DNA of 64,000 nucleotides from Deltaproteobacteria bacterium (lineage in GTDB: Bacteria; Desulfobacterota; Desulfuromonadia; Desulfuromonadales; JAAYDE01), in assembly GCA_012729375.1 (NCBI GenBank), contig JAAYDE010000009.1, forward strand, positions 1,177-65,176, given 5' to 3'. Position numbers and translations under genes: made by a program. Shown here in pieces: positions 26,247 to 35,830 of this stretch. The stretch's first letter is position 1. Each line of letters opens with the position of its first letter. A model generated the notes under the pieces. The model had not been told where the DNA came from, did no database searches, and saw only the letters and a program-made list of their open reading frames with translations.

Positions 26247-27988
26247 TTCCTTACCCTTTCCGGCAACGCCTTGTCGAGGCCGGCGCGAACCTCCTCGACG
26301 GAGAACATGAGGCCGTTGTACTTGAGCAGGCGGTGATGCCAATCAATCCCCCAGCGCTGTCCGAGAAACGCGCCGAACTGTCCGGTGGCGTTTCCCTCGA
26401 GGAGGATGCGGCACTCCGCTTTTTGGAGTCGTTCCCTGGCCCCCTCGGGCAAGGGGAATACCTGCCGGAAATGCAGCACCGCCACATCCTCCCGGGCAAG
26501 GCCGGCCACCGCTTCCCGGGCGATTTCCAGAGTCGAGCCCCAGCAGACCAGGACGTTGGAAGCCTGTTCCGGGCCGATCCATTCGGCGGAAAACGCCTTT
26601 TCCGCCAAAAGGACGAGCTTCCGCAGGCGCTTGTCGACCATGCGCACGCGCAGATCAAGGTCTTCCGTGATATGCCCCTTTGCGTCGTGTTCGTCGCTGT
26701 CCGCCCCCACCAGCCCCTCTCCCCAGCCGGGAACGCCACGGGGTGAAATGCCGCTTTCGTTCAGGGCATAGCGGGCGTATTGCCGCGATGTTTCGACCAC
26801 GGCCAAAGGGGGGATCGCCCGGGGCAGCGGAAGATCGACCACATCATAATGGGAATCCAGGAGATACTGATCGGTGAGGAGGATCACCGGAACCTGAAAG
26901 GCGTCGGCCAGGCGGAAAGACTCCGCGGTCAGGGCGTAAGCCTGTTCGAGATTGCCCGGCGCCAGCAGTACTCTGGGGTATTCCCCATGCCCTCCGTAAA
27001 GGGCGAGATTGAAATCTCCCTGCTCGGTGCGGGTGGGCAGCCCCGTGGCCGGTCCCGGGCGTTGCGCGAGGTGGACAACCATGGGGGTTTCGGTCATACC
27101 GGAGAGACTGACCGCCTCGGTCATCAGATCGAACCCGCCGCCGGAGGTGGTGGTCATCCCCCGCGCCCCGCCGTACCAGGCTCCGAGGACCATATTGGCG
27201 GCGCTGATCTCGTCCTCCGCCTGCTCGACGATGATCCCGAAATCGCGGCCATGCCTGGCCAGGAAGGTCAAGACCCCGGTGGAGGGGGACATGGGATAGG
27301 CCGAGACGAAATTGCAGCCGCCGGCGATAGCCCCCAGGGAAACGGCTTCGGTCCCGTTGAGGTGCAGGTTGCCCCGGTTGTCTCCCGGCGGCGGAAGGGC
27401 CAGGGAAACCTTCCCGGAATGGCTCAGTTTCCGGCCCAGTTTCAGGCCGATTCCCGCGGCGGCCAGGTTGCCGTCGATGGTTGCCGGCTTTTTCCCTGAA
27501 AAAAAACGGCGGATGACATCAGCGAGGGTCTCTTCCCGCCCGTTATAAATTCCCCAGAGAACACCGGCGGCGATGGTGTTGACGTAAAGGCTCCCGCCCG
27601 CCTCTTGCGCCATCTCGGCGAGGGGGATGTCGATGAAACGGGAACCCTCCGGCGCCTGGAGGTTGTCACCCAGAACAAAGGTTTCCGGCTGCAGACGTTG
27701 TTGCAAACGGGTTATGGCTTTGTTGTCAAAGAGGATACAGAGATCGGTTCGATCGGACCAAGCCCTGACCGGACGGGGGCTCACCCTGATCAGGGTGGAA
27801 TTGCTGCCGCCGCGGATCCGGGACATGAATTCCTGCCCGGAAAAAACATAATATCCCAGTCCCCGAAACGCCTCGCTCAGCAGGGCCTCCACGACCTGCA
27901 CCCCCTGCCCCGCTTCCCCGGCCAGAACCAGTGCCAGACCTTTCCCTTTACCGTGCGGGCTGTCAATCATGGGCGGCTCTCCTTCCAT
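26243..27988 (-). CDS. korA: 2-oxoacid:ferredoxin oxidoreductase, alpha subunit (fused gamma-alpha type)
   Basis: 581 aa. N-terminal gamma-like domain (LAGEAGQGVQ) followed by an alpha domain (SAYPMSPST). The start could be 27988 or 27970. Confidence 0.88.
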   Translation of the reverse strand: MEGEPPMIDSPHGKGKGLALVLAGEAGQGVQVVEALLSEAFRGLGYYVFSGQEFMSRIRGGSNSTLIRVSPRPVRAWSDRTDLCILFDNKAITRLQQRLQPETFVLGDNLQAPEGSRFIDIPLAEMAQEAGGSLYVNTIAAGVLWGIYNGREETLADVIRRFFSGKKPATIDGNLAAAGIGLKLGRKLSHSGKVSLALPPPGDNRGNLHLNGTEAVSLGAIAGGCNFVSAYPMSPSTGVLTFLARHGRDFGIIVEQAEDEISAANMVLGAWYGGARGMTTTSGGGFDLMTEAVSLSGMTETPMVVHLAQRPGPATGLPTRTEQGDFNLALYGGHGEYPRVLLAPGNLEQAYALTAESFRLADAFQVPVILLTDQYLLDSHYDVVDLPLPRAIPPLAVVETSRQYARYALNESGISPRGVPGWGEGLVGADSDEHDAKGHITEDLDLRVRMVDKRLRKLVLLAEKAFSAEWIGPEQASNVLVCWGSTLEIAREAVAGLAREDVAVLHFRQVFPLPEGARERLQKAECRILLEGNATGQFGAFLGQRWGIDWHHRLLKYNGLMFSVEEVRAGLDKALPERVRK

Positions 27989-28021
27989 TAGCCGGAATCA
28001 ATTCCAGTAGACATCGTTTTT

Positions 28022-28561
28022 TCAGGCCGGTCCCTTTTGCAAATCTTCGACGACAGTTTTGTACTTTTCCTGAACCATTTTTTTGTCGAATTCGAGAAAT
28101 TCTTTAAGCATGGCCGCTTGTTCCGCCTCGGAAAAATATTTCTCCGAATCCGGGAAGAAACGATGATCCTCTTTATCGATATGACCCCGGTAAATTTCCA
28201 CAAGGAATTCAAGCTTTTCGACGATCACTTCCAGGGCGTTCTCTTCTTTCGGGTACCTCTTTCTGGCCTGGGCAATAGTTTCCACCGCCCGCCGGCTGAT
28301 CTCATGCTCGTGGAGCAACTCCTTCAGCATTCGCGCTTCAGCCGCCGTCATTTCCTTCTTGGCGCATTCCCGGAAATATATTGCCTCTTCCTTCCCGTGA
28401 TGGATCTTGTCCGTATAGGTTCTCATGAAGTCGATCACCGGATCGATGAAAGCGGGCTCGACCTTTTGCGCTTCTCTGATTTTGGGGATTTTGTCGGCAA
28501 GGATCCGCATCATCTTTTCAATCAGCCGGTGTTCGATCATCAAAGGCCCGCGGGGGCGCAT
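28022..28561 (-). CDS. Hemerythrin-like (HHE cation-binding) domain protein
   Basis: Repeated His/Glu ligand motifs HHGKEE, HEHE and HIDKEDH. Start chosen at MRPRGPLMIEHRL. The gene has visibly lower GC than its neighbours. Confidence 0.75.
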   Translation of the reverse strand: MRPRGPLMIEHRLIEKMMRILADKIPKIREAQKVEPAFIDPVIDFMRTYTDKIHHGKEEAIYFRECAKKEMTAAEARMLKELLHEHEISRRAVETIAQARKRYPKEENALEVIVEKLEFLVEIYRGHIDKEDHRFFPDSEKYFSEAEQAAMLKEFLEFDKKMVQEKYKTVVEDLQKGPA

Positions 28562-28728
28562 GGGATCTCCTTTCTGCCGTTTCCTTCCCGCCAGAGCAGA
28601 TCGAAAAGCGGGTGAGGAAGCGACCGCTTCTGTGGTGAAATATTTTTCATCCAGTATATCACCCTCGGCAGACTTGAAAACCGCACTCGAAAAGCACAAT
28701 TTCACGGAGCCGCCCGGTACCTCCCTCA

Positions 28729-29475
28729 TCACCGGAACATCAGCGCGAACACCCCCCAGCCCAGGTATTCACGGGTGTAAGCGGCATAGCGCGCGGGTTC
28801 CGAGGTCAGTTTGCCGCGAACCTCCTTCGCCAACTCGTCGCCAGGATTGGCTTCAAGCCATCGGCGCATGGTGAGCCACTTGGCCGCCTCGTACCTGTCC
28901 CAGCCATCCTGGTCAGCCAGAACCATTTCCACAACGTCGTAGCCGTGGTTGCCGAAAGAGGCAAGAAGGTCCGGAAGCAGGAGAAATTCGGAGATGGAGC
29001 CGGCAAGACACCCCCTGGCAACCTCTTCCGTCGGCGGCAACCGCCGCCAGTAGGGTTCGCCGATAAGAATGATCCCTCCGAGGCGCAGGCTCCGCGCCAG
29101 AAGCTCGATAGTGCCGATGACTCCCCCACCGATCCACGTGGCGCCGACACAGGCCGCCACACCGACCTTCTCGCCAGAGACGTAGCCCGCAGCATCGTCA
29201 TGGATGAACCTGACCTGTTCGGCGACGCCGAGCTCTGCGGCACGAAGTCTGGCTTGCTCGGTGAACAACCGGCTCATGTCGATACCGGTGCCGATGATGC
29301 CGTGATCCCGTGCCCAGGTGCACAGCATCTCCCCCGAACCACTGCCGAGGTCGAGCACTCGGGTTCCCGCTTCCAGGCGCAGCGCCGCGCCGAGAGTGGC
29401 GAGCTTTTCGGGCGTTATCGGATTGTGGATGCGGTGGGCACTTTCGGTGATGTTGAATATCCGTGGGATGTCCAT
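28729..29475 (-). CDS. Class I SAM-dependent methyltransferase
   Basis: SAM-binding motif VLDLGSGSGEM; 248 aa. Confidence 0.8.
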   Translation of the reverse strand: MDIPRIFNITESAHRIHNPITPEKLATLGAALRLEAGTRVLDLGSGSGEMLCTWARDHGIIGTGIDMSRLFTEQARLRAAELGVAEQVRFIHDDAAGYVSGEKVGVAACVGATWIGGGVIGTIELLARSLRLGGIILIGEPYWRRLPPTEEVARGCLAGSISEFLLLPDLLASFGNHGYDVVEMVLADQDGWDRYEAAKWLTMRRWLEANPGDELAKEVRGKLTSEPARYAAYTREYLGWGVFALMFR

Positions 29476-29927
29476 TGCGGAATGTCTCCTTGCCGGTATG
29501 AATAGGTTTGGTCACGGCCCGACACTGGGGTTTGGCGGGAATTTTGGCGGCGGTAATTCCGGGATTCCGGACGGAATTCCGCGGGGCGAAAGGAAATCTC
29601 CGTTTTCCCCTTGACTTTACTTATCATGGATGGCCCCGGAACGCATCCGTTGCGGCGCGGGCGGAACCCGCCGACGGTTTTGCCTGGGGCCAGGAACCCT
29701 GTTGACACCTGGGTGGAGACTCCTACGGTTATCTGTTGGTAGTATGGGGTGGTATGAAGTTTTTCAGAGGACACTCTAGTGGACACCGAAGTGTTCTCTG
29801 GGCTTTAATATGGGAAATTCGACACAAGGAAAGAAAAAAGATAATCCATAGGGAATTTTGCAAAAGGGTTGCCATCCTCGAATGCTTCTATCGGGGAACC
29901 AGCGTTTTTCATTGGATACAAGTCTGG

Positions 29928-29952
29928 ATTCCGGCTTGAAACCTGCCGGAAT
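29928..29952. other. REP-like inverted repeat (8-bp stem ATTCCGGC / GCCGGAAT, 9-nt loop)
   Basis: Read directly: attccggc-ttgaaacct-gccggaat. It resembles the short palindromic 'WIPA...GMT'-type intergenic elements seen in many proteobacterial genomes. Only a single copy occurs in this window. Confidence 0.4.
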
Positions 29953-30012
29953 GACGTTTTAGTCGACCTTCGCAAGAGGGTTAGTATATCAGATTTATTA
30001 AAAGCTAATTTC

Positions 30013-30099
30013 TGGTGCCCGGGACGGGATTTGAACCCGTACACCCTATCGGGCGAGGGATTTTAAGTCCCTTGCGTCTGCCAGTTCCGCCACCCGGGC
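30013..30099 (-). tRNA. tRNA-Leu (anticodon UAA), CCA encoded
   Basis: The reverse complement reads GCCCGGGTGGCGGAACTGGCAGACGCAAGGGACTTAAAATCCC...GGGTTCAAATCCCGTCCCGGGCACCA. It has a 7-bp acceptor stem, anticodon loop CUUAAAA, a long variable arm and a T-loop GGTTCAAATCC. Confidence 0.9.
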
Positions 30100-30183
30100 G
30101 AAGTGAAGTCTTTTAATAGCCGATTCCGGCCGCCAGTGTCAATGAAATTTGATTGCCGGAAAATGCCTCGAGGGAGCTCCTAA

Positions 30184-30624
30184 ATGTCTGAAGATGTTCA
30201 AAAATGTCCCCACTGCGGCAAAACCGTCAGGGTCTATCGCAACCCTTTCCCCACGGTCGACATCATCATTTCCACAGGCGAAAAGATCGTTCTCATCCAG
30301 CGTCGCAATCCGCCATTCGGCTGGGCGCTGCCCGGCGGTTTCGTCGACTACGGAGAATCACTGGAGGCTGCCGCGGAACGGGAGGCCCGGGAGGAAACGG
30401 GTCTGTCGCTGACCGGCCTGCGCCAATTCCGCGCCTATTCCGCACCGGGGCGCGACCCCCGCCAGCACACCATTTCGGTAGTCTTTACCGCCCATGCCAC
30501 AGGACAACCGCGGGCCGGGGACGACGCCCTGGAGGCCGGCCTCTTTTCTGTGGACGAGCTGCCGTCACCCCTTTGTTTCGATCACGCTGAAATCATCGAG
30601 GATTACCGCCACTCCCTGGGATGA
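30184..30624 (+). CDS. NUDIX hydrolase with N-terminal zinc-ribbon-like CxxC
   Basis: Nudix box [24 protein letters not shown]; N-terminal CPHCGK. Confidence 0.85.
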   Translation: MSEDVQKCPHCGKTVRVYRNPFPTVDIIISTGEKIVLIQRRNPPFGWALPGGFVDYGESLEAAAEREAREETGLSLTGLRQFRAYSAPGRDPRQHTISVVFTAHATGQPRAGDDALEAGLFSVDELPSPLCFDHAEIIEDYRHSLG

Positions 30625-30636
30625 TAGGATCCCTGC

Positions 30637-31464
30637 TCACCTGCCGAATGTCCACGCGTCGTTTTCATATTTGCTCCGCTGCAAGTCCACCGCCTGGGCC
30701 ATTTCCGCGGCGGTGACGGCCTCCCTTTCCAGGCGGACCTGCCACAAGGCGGCAATGGCCTCTTCAATGGCCTCCCGCAGATCGTCAGCGGCAACCGGTT
30801 TCGCGGCGAACCGGTTGATCCAGCCGATGGAATCGGCCAGCTCCGGAAACGCCTCCTTGTGGGAAGCGGTCGTCCCCAGGGCGCCGCCAAGAAGCTCCAG
30901 GTCCATCTCCAGGGGCAGGGAACCATGCTGGAGAAAACAGCCCTGGCGCCTGGTCTGGGCGCTGCCGGCCACCTTGCGGCCGGCAACGGTCAATTCATGG
31001 ATTGAAGGAGCATGAAAGCAGATATGGTGACGGAAATCGTCGGTGTCGACAGGAACTCTGCCGCGACCCGAGGCGAGGACGGCGGGGATGCCGAAACGGC
31101 GCAGGGCGTGCCCGAGAACCTCGGCGATCACCCGGTAATTGTTCTGAATACCCCCCGGGAAGATGGCATTTTTTTCCGGGGATACCACCGCGTAGGTCAG
31201 CTCTCTATGGTGCAGGACGGAGCGCCCGCCGGTGATGCGCCGCACCACCGCAATCCCTTTTTCCTGGCAGAAGCCGCCATTGACCGCGCGGGCCGCGGAC
31301 TGGGCGTAGCCGAGGCTCAGAGTCGGCCGCTGCCATTGGTAGAAACGGACCAGGGGCGGGCACCGTCCCTGCCGGACCGCTTCCAGGAGCACCTCGTCGA
31401 GGGCCATGTTGAGGGACCCCGGCAAGGCTCCGGAGACAATCAGACGCCAGGTGAAGCGTTCCAC
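30637..31464 (-). CDS. Lipoate-protein ligase A / octanoyltransferase family protein (BPL_LplA_LipB domain)
   Basis: LNMALDEVLLE, RRITGGRSVLH and the conserved Lys region GRKVAGSAQ. Confidence 0.8.
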   Translation of the reverse strand: MERFTWRLIVSGALPGSLNMALDEVLLEAVRQGRCPPLVRFYQWQRPTLSLGYAQSAARAVNGGFCQEKGIAVVRRITGGRSVLHHRELTYAVVSPEKNAIFPGGIQNNYRVIAEVLGHALRRFGIPAVLASGRGRVPVDTDDFRHHICFHAPSIHELTVAGRKVAGSAQTRRQGCFLQHGSLPLEMDLELLGGALGTTASHKEAFPELADSIGWINRFAAKPVAADDLREAIEEAIAALWQVRLEREAVTAAEMAQAVDLQRSKYENDAWTFGR

Positions 31465-31478
31465 GACAGCTGCGGCAC

Positions 31479-32816
31479 TCAGCCGCGGAACCTTTCCAGG
31501 AAGCCGGTGTCGAATTTTCCTTCCTGGAACTCGCGGCTGTTCATGATGCGCTGATGAAAGGGGATGGTGGTTTTGATCCCTTCGATGATGTATTCGTCCA
31601 GCGCCCGCGACATGCGGCGGATCGCCTCTTCGCGGTTATCCGCGTGGACGATCAGCTTGGCGATCATGGAATCGTAGTGGGGCAGGACGGTGTATTGATC
31701 GTAAACGGCGCTCTCCACCCGCACCCCCAGCCCGCCGGGAGGGTGATAGCCGTCGATTTTGCCGGGTGAGGGGGTGAAGCGTTCGGGGTCCTCGGCGTTG
31801 ATGCGGCATTCGATGGCATGCCCGCAAAGATGGATATCCTCCTGCCGGTAGCGCAGGGCATGGCCGGCGGCCGAATAAATCTGTTCACGGATGATATCCA
31901 CGCCGGTCACCATCTCCGTCACCGGATGCTCCACCTGGACGCGGGTGTTCATCTCCATGAAATAGAAATTCCGCTCGTCATCCACCAAAAACTCGGCGGT
32001 GCCGACGCTGGTATAGTTGACCGCCTTGGCGGTGGCGACCGCCGCCGCTCCCATCCTTTCCCGCAGTTCGGGGGTCATGATGGGACAGGGGGATTCCTCG
32101 ATCAGCTTCTGGTGGCGGCGCTGAATGGAACAATCCCGCTCACCGAGGTGAATGACGTTGCCGTGCTGGTCCGCCAAAAGCTGGATCTCCACATGGCGGG
32201 GCCGAAGACAGTATTTTTCGATATAGACCTCGGGGTTGCCGAAGCCGGCCTGAGCCTCGGAACGGGCCGCGGCCAAGGCATTGGGCAAGGAGGCCGGGGA
32301 GTGAACCACCTTCATTCCCCGGCCGCCGCCGCCGGCGGTGGCCTTGATGATCACCGGGTAACCGATCTCGGCGGCGATCCTCTTGGCTTCTTCCACCGTG
32401 CGCACGGCATCGGTGGTGCCGGGAAGAATCGGCACTCCGACCCCCGTCACCGTCTGCCGGGCGCGGATCTTGTCGCCCATGAGACGCATGTTTTCAGGGG
32501 TCGGGCCGATGAAGGTCAGCCCGCACTGGCTGCAGATCTCGGCAAAATCAGCGTTTTCGGCCAAAAATCCGTAACCGGGATGGATGGCGTCGGCGTCGGT
32601 CACCTCGGCGGCGCTGATGATGGATTTGATGTTCAGATAGCTGGCGGAACTGACCGCCGGACCGATGCAGATGCTTTCATCGGCCAGTTTGACATGAAGG
32701 GCCTCGGCGTCGACATTGGAATGGACCGCCACCGTCTGAATGCCCAGTTCCTTGCAGGCCCTGATGATGCGGAGGGCGATCTCCCCCCGGTTGGCAATCA
32801 ACACTTTATGAAACAT
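31479..32816 (-). CDS. accC: Acetyl-CoA carboxylase, biotin carboxylase subunit
   Basis: [29 protein letters not shown]-grasp GGGGRGM, 445 aa. Immediately downstream of accB. Confidence 0.95.
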   Translation of the reverse strand: MFHKVLIANRGEIALRIIRACKELGIQTVAVHSNVDAEALHVKLADESICIGPAVSSASYLNIKSIISAAEVTDADAIHPGYGFLAENADFAEICSQCGLTFIGPTPENMRLMGDKIRARQTVTGVGVPILPGTTDAVRTVEEAKRIAAEIGYPVIIKATAGGGGRGMKVVHSPASLPNALAAARSEAQAGFGNPEVYIEKYCLRPRHVEIQLLADQHGNVIHLGERDCSIQRRHQKLIEESPCPIMTPELRERMGAAAVATAKAVNYTSVGTAEFLVDDERNFYFMEMNTRVQVEHPVTEMVTGVDIIREQIYSAAGHALRYRQEDIHLCGHAIECRINAEDPERFTPSPGKIDGYHPPGGLGVRVESAVYDQYTVLPHYDSMIAKLIVHADNREEAIRRMSRALDEYIIEGIKTTIPFHQRIMNSREFQEGKFDTGFLERFRG

Positions 32817-32887
32817 CGTTTCCCCTCTCCGGCTGAGATCACGGCTGCCACCGCCGCCCAGTCGATACGTCCGTCAACGGAACCCAA

Positions 32888-33379
32888 TCAGAGACGCTCC
32901 ACCAGGAAAAGGACCTCTCCGTATTCCACGGGCTGGGAGTTCTCCTTGAGAACCTCCCGGATGCGGCATTTGAAATCGGCCTCGATCTCGTTCATCAGTT
33001 TCATCGCCTCGACGATGCACAGAATCTGGCCTTTCTCGACAACGCCGCCGACCTCGACGTAAGGTTCGGAATCGGGTGACGGTGCCCGATAAAAGGTACC
33101 GACGATGGGTGATTTGATCTCTTCCAGCTTTTCAGCGGCCTCTTCCTTGGCCGGGGGGATTTCCCTGCCGGCAGCAAGAGATGCCGCGGGAGCAGCGACA
33201 AAGACAGCCGGATTGGGCGCAGGAAAAGCCGGAGCGGGCGGCGCCGCCAAGGGAGACTTTCCTCCGGCTGCCGAGCTGCGCCGGATGGCGATCTTCTTGT
33301 CCCCCTCTTCCATCTCGAATTCGGTGATATCCGATTCAATGATCATCTTGATCAGGTTGCGCAGTTCTTTGGTATCCAT
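32888..33379 (-). CDS. accB: Acetyl-CoA carboxylase, biotin carboxyl carrier protein
   Basis: Biotinyl-Lys motif [11 protein letters not shown] and an Ala/Pro-rich linker. Start chosen at [10 protein letters not shown]. Confidence 0.9.
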   Translation of the reverse strand: MDTKELRNLIKMIIESDITEFEMEEGDKKIAIRRSSAAGGKSPLAAPPAPAFPAPNPAVFVAAPAASLAAGREIPPAKEEAAEKLEEIKSPIVGTFYRAPSPDSEPYVEVGGVVEKGQILCIVEAMKLMNEIEADFKCRIREVLKENSQPVEYGEVLFLVERL

Positions 33380-33439
33380 CAGGAAACTCTCCTCATAATG
33401 ACAGCGTATGGCAGGTTTCTGCACAGGGCTGTTGAAGCG

Positions 33440-34516
33440 TTATGGGACACAGGTTCGCAGGTTTTTGGGAACGGCTGTCAGCAGATCGCAGCCGTGGGCG
33501 CTGACAACAGCCATGTCTTCAATGCGGATCCCGCCGAGGCCGGGGATATAGATGCCCGGCTCGATGGTGACCACCATGCCCTCCTCGGCGACATCCTCGG
33601 AGCGCGGGGACAACACGGGGAACTCGTGGATTTCCAGCCCCACGCCGTGCCCCAGTCCGTGGCCGAAAAACTCTCCGAAACCGCGGGAACGGATGTGGTC
33701 CCTGGCGACGGCGTCCACATCCTTCAGGGGCTGCCCCGGCCGCAGGGCTTCCAGGGCCAGATCGTGGGCCTGGAGAACCACGTCGTACGCCTCCAGCAAC
33801 CGTTGCGGGGGATGACCCAGAGCCAGGGTAACGGTCTCATCGGAATGGTAGCCGTTCAGCCGCACACCGAAGTCGATAGTGACCATCTCGTCGGCGCTGA
33901 GAACCTTTTGCGAGGCGAGGCCATGGGGCATGGCGCCGCGCCTTCCCGAAGCGACGATGAAATCGAAGGCCTTTTCCTCTGCGCCCCTTCTCTTGAGGGC
34001 AAACTCCAGTTCCACGGCCAGTTCCCGTTCACTGACCCCGGCGTGAATCCCGGCGGCGATTTCCGCAAAGGCCACGGCATTGAGGCGCGCGGCGGCCCGT
34101 ATCGCTTCGATCTCGGCGTCACTTTTGACGCCCCGCAACGGCCGCATCTCTTTGGCCAACGGCACCCACTCCACTTCCGCGCCGGCCTGGGAGCGCAGTT
34201 TCTCCAGCCGGGAAACGACGAGATATTCCCCTTCGAACCCGATTTTCCCGCATCCCCTTTCACGCAGCCGGGCGACGATCCCTTCTTCCGGGAGCCGGTA
34301 CTGCCCCAGATGATCCGCCCGCACCTCTTCCTGGGCCTGTGTCGTGTAGCGGGAATCGGTGAGAAAGGAGGATGCGTCCCTATCGACGAGCAACGCCCCC
34401 TCGCTCCCCGAAAAACCACACAGGTAACGGATATTGGCCCGGCCGGTGAAAAGGATGGCATCCAAGCCCCGTAAGACGAGCAGCTCCCGTACTTTTTCAA
34501 CAGGCTTTCCCCTCAC
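33440..34516 (-). CDS. Xaa-Pro aminopeptidase (M24 family)
   Basis: Metal ligand motifs [13 protein letters not shown] and TIEPGIY. GTG 34516 forms a GTGA overlap with the aroQ stop. The ORF-track TTG start at 34558 would overlap aroQ by 46 nt. Confidence 0.85.
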   Translation of the reverse strand: MRGKPVEKVRELLVLRGLDAILFTGRANIRYLCGFSGSEGALLVDRDASSFLTDSRYTTQAQEEVRADHLGQYRLPEEGIVARLRERGCGKIGFEGEYLVVSRLEKLRSQAGAEVEWVPLAKEMRPLRGVKSDAEIEAIRAAARLNAVAFAEIAAGIHAGVSERELAVELEFALKRRGAEEKAFDFIVASGRRGAMPHGLASQKVLSADEMVTIDFGVRLNGYHSDETVTLALGHPPQRLLEAYDVVLQAHDLALEALRPGQPLKDVDAVARDHIRSRGFGEFFGHGLGHGVGLEIHEFPVLSPRSEDVAEEGMVVTIEPGIYIPGLGGIRIEDMAVVSAHGCDLLTAVPKNLRTCVP

Positions 34517-34965
34517 GGTGCGGCCAGCCCCTTTCTGAGCCGGGAAACCAGTCCGCAAAGGGCCATCAGATAGCCTTGCGGACCGAAACCGCAGACCTGC
34601 CCTACCGCCACCGCGGCCAGGTAGGAATGGGCTCGGAAAGCCTCGCGGGCGTGGATGTTGGAAAGATGAACCTCGACGGTGGGAATGGCCACGCCGCTCA
34701 CGGCATCCCGCAGAGCGATACTGGTGTGGGTGAAGGCGCCGGGGTTGATGATGATGCCCGCCGTGTCATCGGCGGCGGCGGCGTGAATCCGGTCGAGGAG
34801 CGCCCCTTCATGGTTGGACTGGAAAAAAGTAAGGGATACCTGAAGATCTTGCGCCGCCTTCACCATCTCCCCTTCGATCTCGGCCAGGGTCATGCTTCCG
34901 TAGACGCCGGGCTCGCGCCGCCCGAGAAGGTTTAGATTGGGACCGTTGATGACCAGAATCTGCAT
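34513..34965 (-). CDS. aroQ: 3-dehydroquinate dehydratase, type II
   Basis: [30 protein letters not shown] and [10 protein letters not shown] signatures. Confidence 0.95.
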   Translation of the reverse strand: MQILVINGPNLNLLGRREPGVYGSMTLAEIEGEMVKAAQDLQVSLTFFQSNHEGALLDRIHAAAADDTAGIIINPGAFTHTSIALRDAVSGVAIPTVEVHLSNIHAREAFRAHSYLAAVAVGQVCGFGPQGYLMALCGLVSRLRKGLAAP

Positions 34966-34982
34966 CGTTAAGCCGCCGCCCT

Positions 34983-35342
34983 TCAGCTGAGCGCCTCGAG
35001 GATCTTGATCCGGTCCCGGGTCAGCAGATAGCGCGCCTTGCCCAGGTTCCCCCTGTCGTTGATAGCCAGGGCGACAAAATAGTTGTCGTCCAGGGTGCGA
35101 ACCAAAACGTGAAAGGAGCTGGTCTTGAGGGACACCTCGTCGAGTCCCCCGAGGTGGAGAAGGGCAACCGCTTTTTTAACCTCTTTCAGCGCACTGACCA
35201 GTTCCACGGCCACCAGCCCCAGGTTGAGTCCCCCTTCCGGTTTGACGACCTGTTCGATGGGTATACCGTCGTACCCGATCAGGATGGCGCCGACCCCGCC
35301 TTCGGCCTCTTCGACAAGAGGTTGCAAAATTTTTTTAAACAT
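34983..35342 (-). CDS. Roadblock/LC7 (MglB-like) domain protein
   Basis: 119 aa. The pattern [16 protein letters not shown]...[27 protein letters not shown] is typical of Roadblock/LC7. The start overlaps the upstream gene by 8 nt. Confidence 0.7.
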   Translation of the reverse strand: MFKKILQPLVEEAEGGVGAILIGYDGIPIEQVVKPEGGLNLGLVAVELVSALKEVKKAVALLHLGGLDEVSLKTSSFHVLVRTLDDNYFVALAINDRGNLGKARYLLTRDRIKILEALS

Positions 35343-35694
35343 GTCCCTTCCTCTCTCTGATTGCCAACAGCCACCGGTTGAGTTCATTCAGCATCGGGTT
35401 CTGAAAGGAACCTCTTTCCTGCGCCGCTTCGCCCGCTCCCGCCGCCTTCACAGTCAGGGATCCCGTATTCTGGGAAGATGGGGGGACAGGATCTTCCATT
35501 CGCTGAAGCTCCTCGTTCAATTCGGCAACGCGTTTTTGCAGTTGGGGGTTCATGGGGGCGGCGCGGAGCAGTTTCTGATAAATAGCCAGCCCCTGAGTAA
35601 GGTGACCCTGTCTGATAAAAACTTCCGCCAGAGTTGGTGTGACAAAGGGGGTTTCCGAAGAAGCCAAGGGGTCTTCCTTCGTTCTTTTAGTCAT
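35335..35694 (-). CDS. Hypothetical protein with a TPR-like helix pair
   Basis: LAEVFIRQGHLTQGLAIYQKLLRAAPMNPQ resembles one TPR unit. Translationally coupled to the roadblock gene. Confidence 0.5.
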   Translation of the reverse strand: MTKRTKEDPLASSETPFVTPTLAEVFIRQGHLTQGLAIYQKLLRAAPMNPQLQKRVAELNEELQRMEDPVPPSSQNTGSLTVKAAGAGEAAQERGSFQNPMLNELNRWLLAIRERKGHV

Positions 35695-35830
35695 GCTGTT
35701 GGCCGATTTTACCGATAAATGTCATTTTAAGCAAATCCCGAAAACCCGCCCCTCCGGGCTCCATGAAAAATGCTGGTCATCCGCCCCTGTTTGCAGCGAA
35801 ACCCCTCTGCGAAAGCCGTGCTGCCTTTTT

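Noticed and set aside
28729-29475. The SAM-dependent methyltransferase, considered as the missing FkbG-type O-methyltransferase of the PKS cluster.
   Set aside because: It lies 7 kb beyond the end of the operon, on the opposite strand. Unrelated housekeeping genes (korAB, PCD, HAD) separate it from the cluster.
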